Shown one piece after another: positions 63,507 through 64,000 of a DNA stretch of 64,000 nucleotides. Numbering within the stretch: the stretch's first letter is position 1; the number at the start of each line of letters is the position of its first letter. Location of the stretch: contig CAWIAU010000003.1 of assembly GCA_963834265.1 (NCBI GenBank), positions 12,475 to 76,474 on the forward strand. Reading direction: 5' to 3'. A model generated the notes under the pieces. That model did no database searches, was not told the origin of the DNA, and saw only the letters and a list, made by a program, of their open reading frames with translations. The DNA comes from an uncultured bacterium (GTDB lineage: Bacteria > Patescibacteriota > Saccharimonadia > Saccharimonadales > 2-12-FULL-41-12). Made by a program: the position numbers and the translations under genes.

Positions 63507-64000
63507 GACTTATTCTTCAGTATTTTATAATGTGCCAGCAAGGTACCACGGCTATTAAGTTGTTTAATACTCAATAACTTCAGTGACATATCAGGTTGTA
63601 TACCAGCTGCAAAATCAGTACCTTTACCGAACAATTTAGGTTCAACCGTAAGATATATTTCATCCACCAGCCCCGCCGTAATGAATAACGAGTGTATCTG
63701 GCCTCCACCGAGCAGCAACATTTCGGAGTACCCTTGATCCTCCAGTTTCCCGATTAGGACTGTGGGTGATTCATTACTAAATTCCAGCTGACCGTTTACC
63801 GTTTCTGCTTTATAGCTTTCAGGAGAATTAGTAAGTACAACGCGTAGTTTACCGGAACTAAGCCTTATTTTCGGCCGCATTGCTTCATAAGTTTTGCGAC
63901 CCATAACTAAGAGATTGCGACTTGCTCTCAGGTTGGCAAAATGGTCGGCATCTTCGGCAGATGTCCACTTACTGACATCCGAATCCGCGCCTCGGGTTAT
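63503..64000 (-). CDS. RibD_C/dihydrofolate-reductase-like protein, 5' end outside window
   Basis: It has the MGRKTYEAM and LLGGGQI motifs. The frame stays open upstream of the track start to the window edge. It overlaps the cofE-like start by 4 nt. Confidence 0.5.
   Translation of the reverse strand: MTRGADSDVSKWTSAEDADHFANLRASRNLLVMGRKTYEAMRPKIRLSSGKLRVVLTNSPESYKAETVNGQLEFSNESPTVLIGKLEDQGYSEMLLLGGGQIHSLFITAGLVDEIYLTVEPKLFGKGTDFAAGIQPDMSLKLLSIKQLNSRGTLLAHYKILKNKS

Overview
This 64-kb chromosomal window is from a small-genome bacterium. Gene content suggests Patescibacteria/CPR, possibly Saccharibacteria-like, but that is inference only. It has a Gram-positive-style type IV pilus cluster without a secretin, murA/murB/murJ, many small membrane ORFs, and six tRNA genes that all encode their 3' CCA.

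Core content, in order:
- murJ (partial), lepA, and two guanylate-kinase-like genes.
- A CIRCE-controlled heat-shock set (hrcA-grpE, dnaK, dnaJ).
- A rimK-type ATP-grasp/protease operon, then tRNA-Lys.
- A CsoR copper operon, then yebC-ruvC-ruvA-ruvB.
- A pilB-pilC-pilA-minor pilins-pilMNO cluster.
- recA-recX, tsaE-tsaB, rny, tRNA-Pro.
- A membrane-anchored Clp-like ATPase.
- tRNA-His, tRNA-Arg, tRNA-Gly and a second tRNA-Arg, interspersed with a NUDIX hydrolase, a PrsW protease, an IMPase, an HTH-MurA fusion, glyA and murB.

The accessory part is a visibly AT-richer insertion of about 12.2 kb placed exactly at the 3' CCA of tRNA-Lys (15604-27779). It holds a decayed large-serine-recombinase (LSR) relic and an 11.15-kb LSR element. 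The element's cargo is a defence stack:
- a HEPN-like protein plus an unknown partner;
- a GmrSD-like DUF262/DUF1524 enzyme;
- a C5-methyltransferase plus a PD-(D/E)xK nuclease plus an HTH protein.

The most unusual observation is that this element contains an internal, inverted, base-perfect 341-bp copy of its own joined ends. This creates two adjacent invertible modules that meet at a 7-bp core (CCCTCCA), and the same core forms both outer junctions and the end of the tRNA. No rRNA or CRISPR array was seen. All coordinates and repeat identities were checked by eye only, and homology calls are motif-based.
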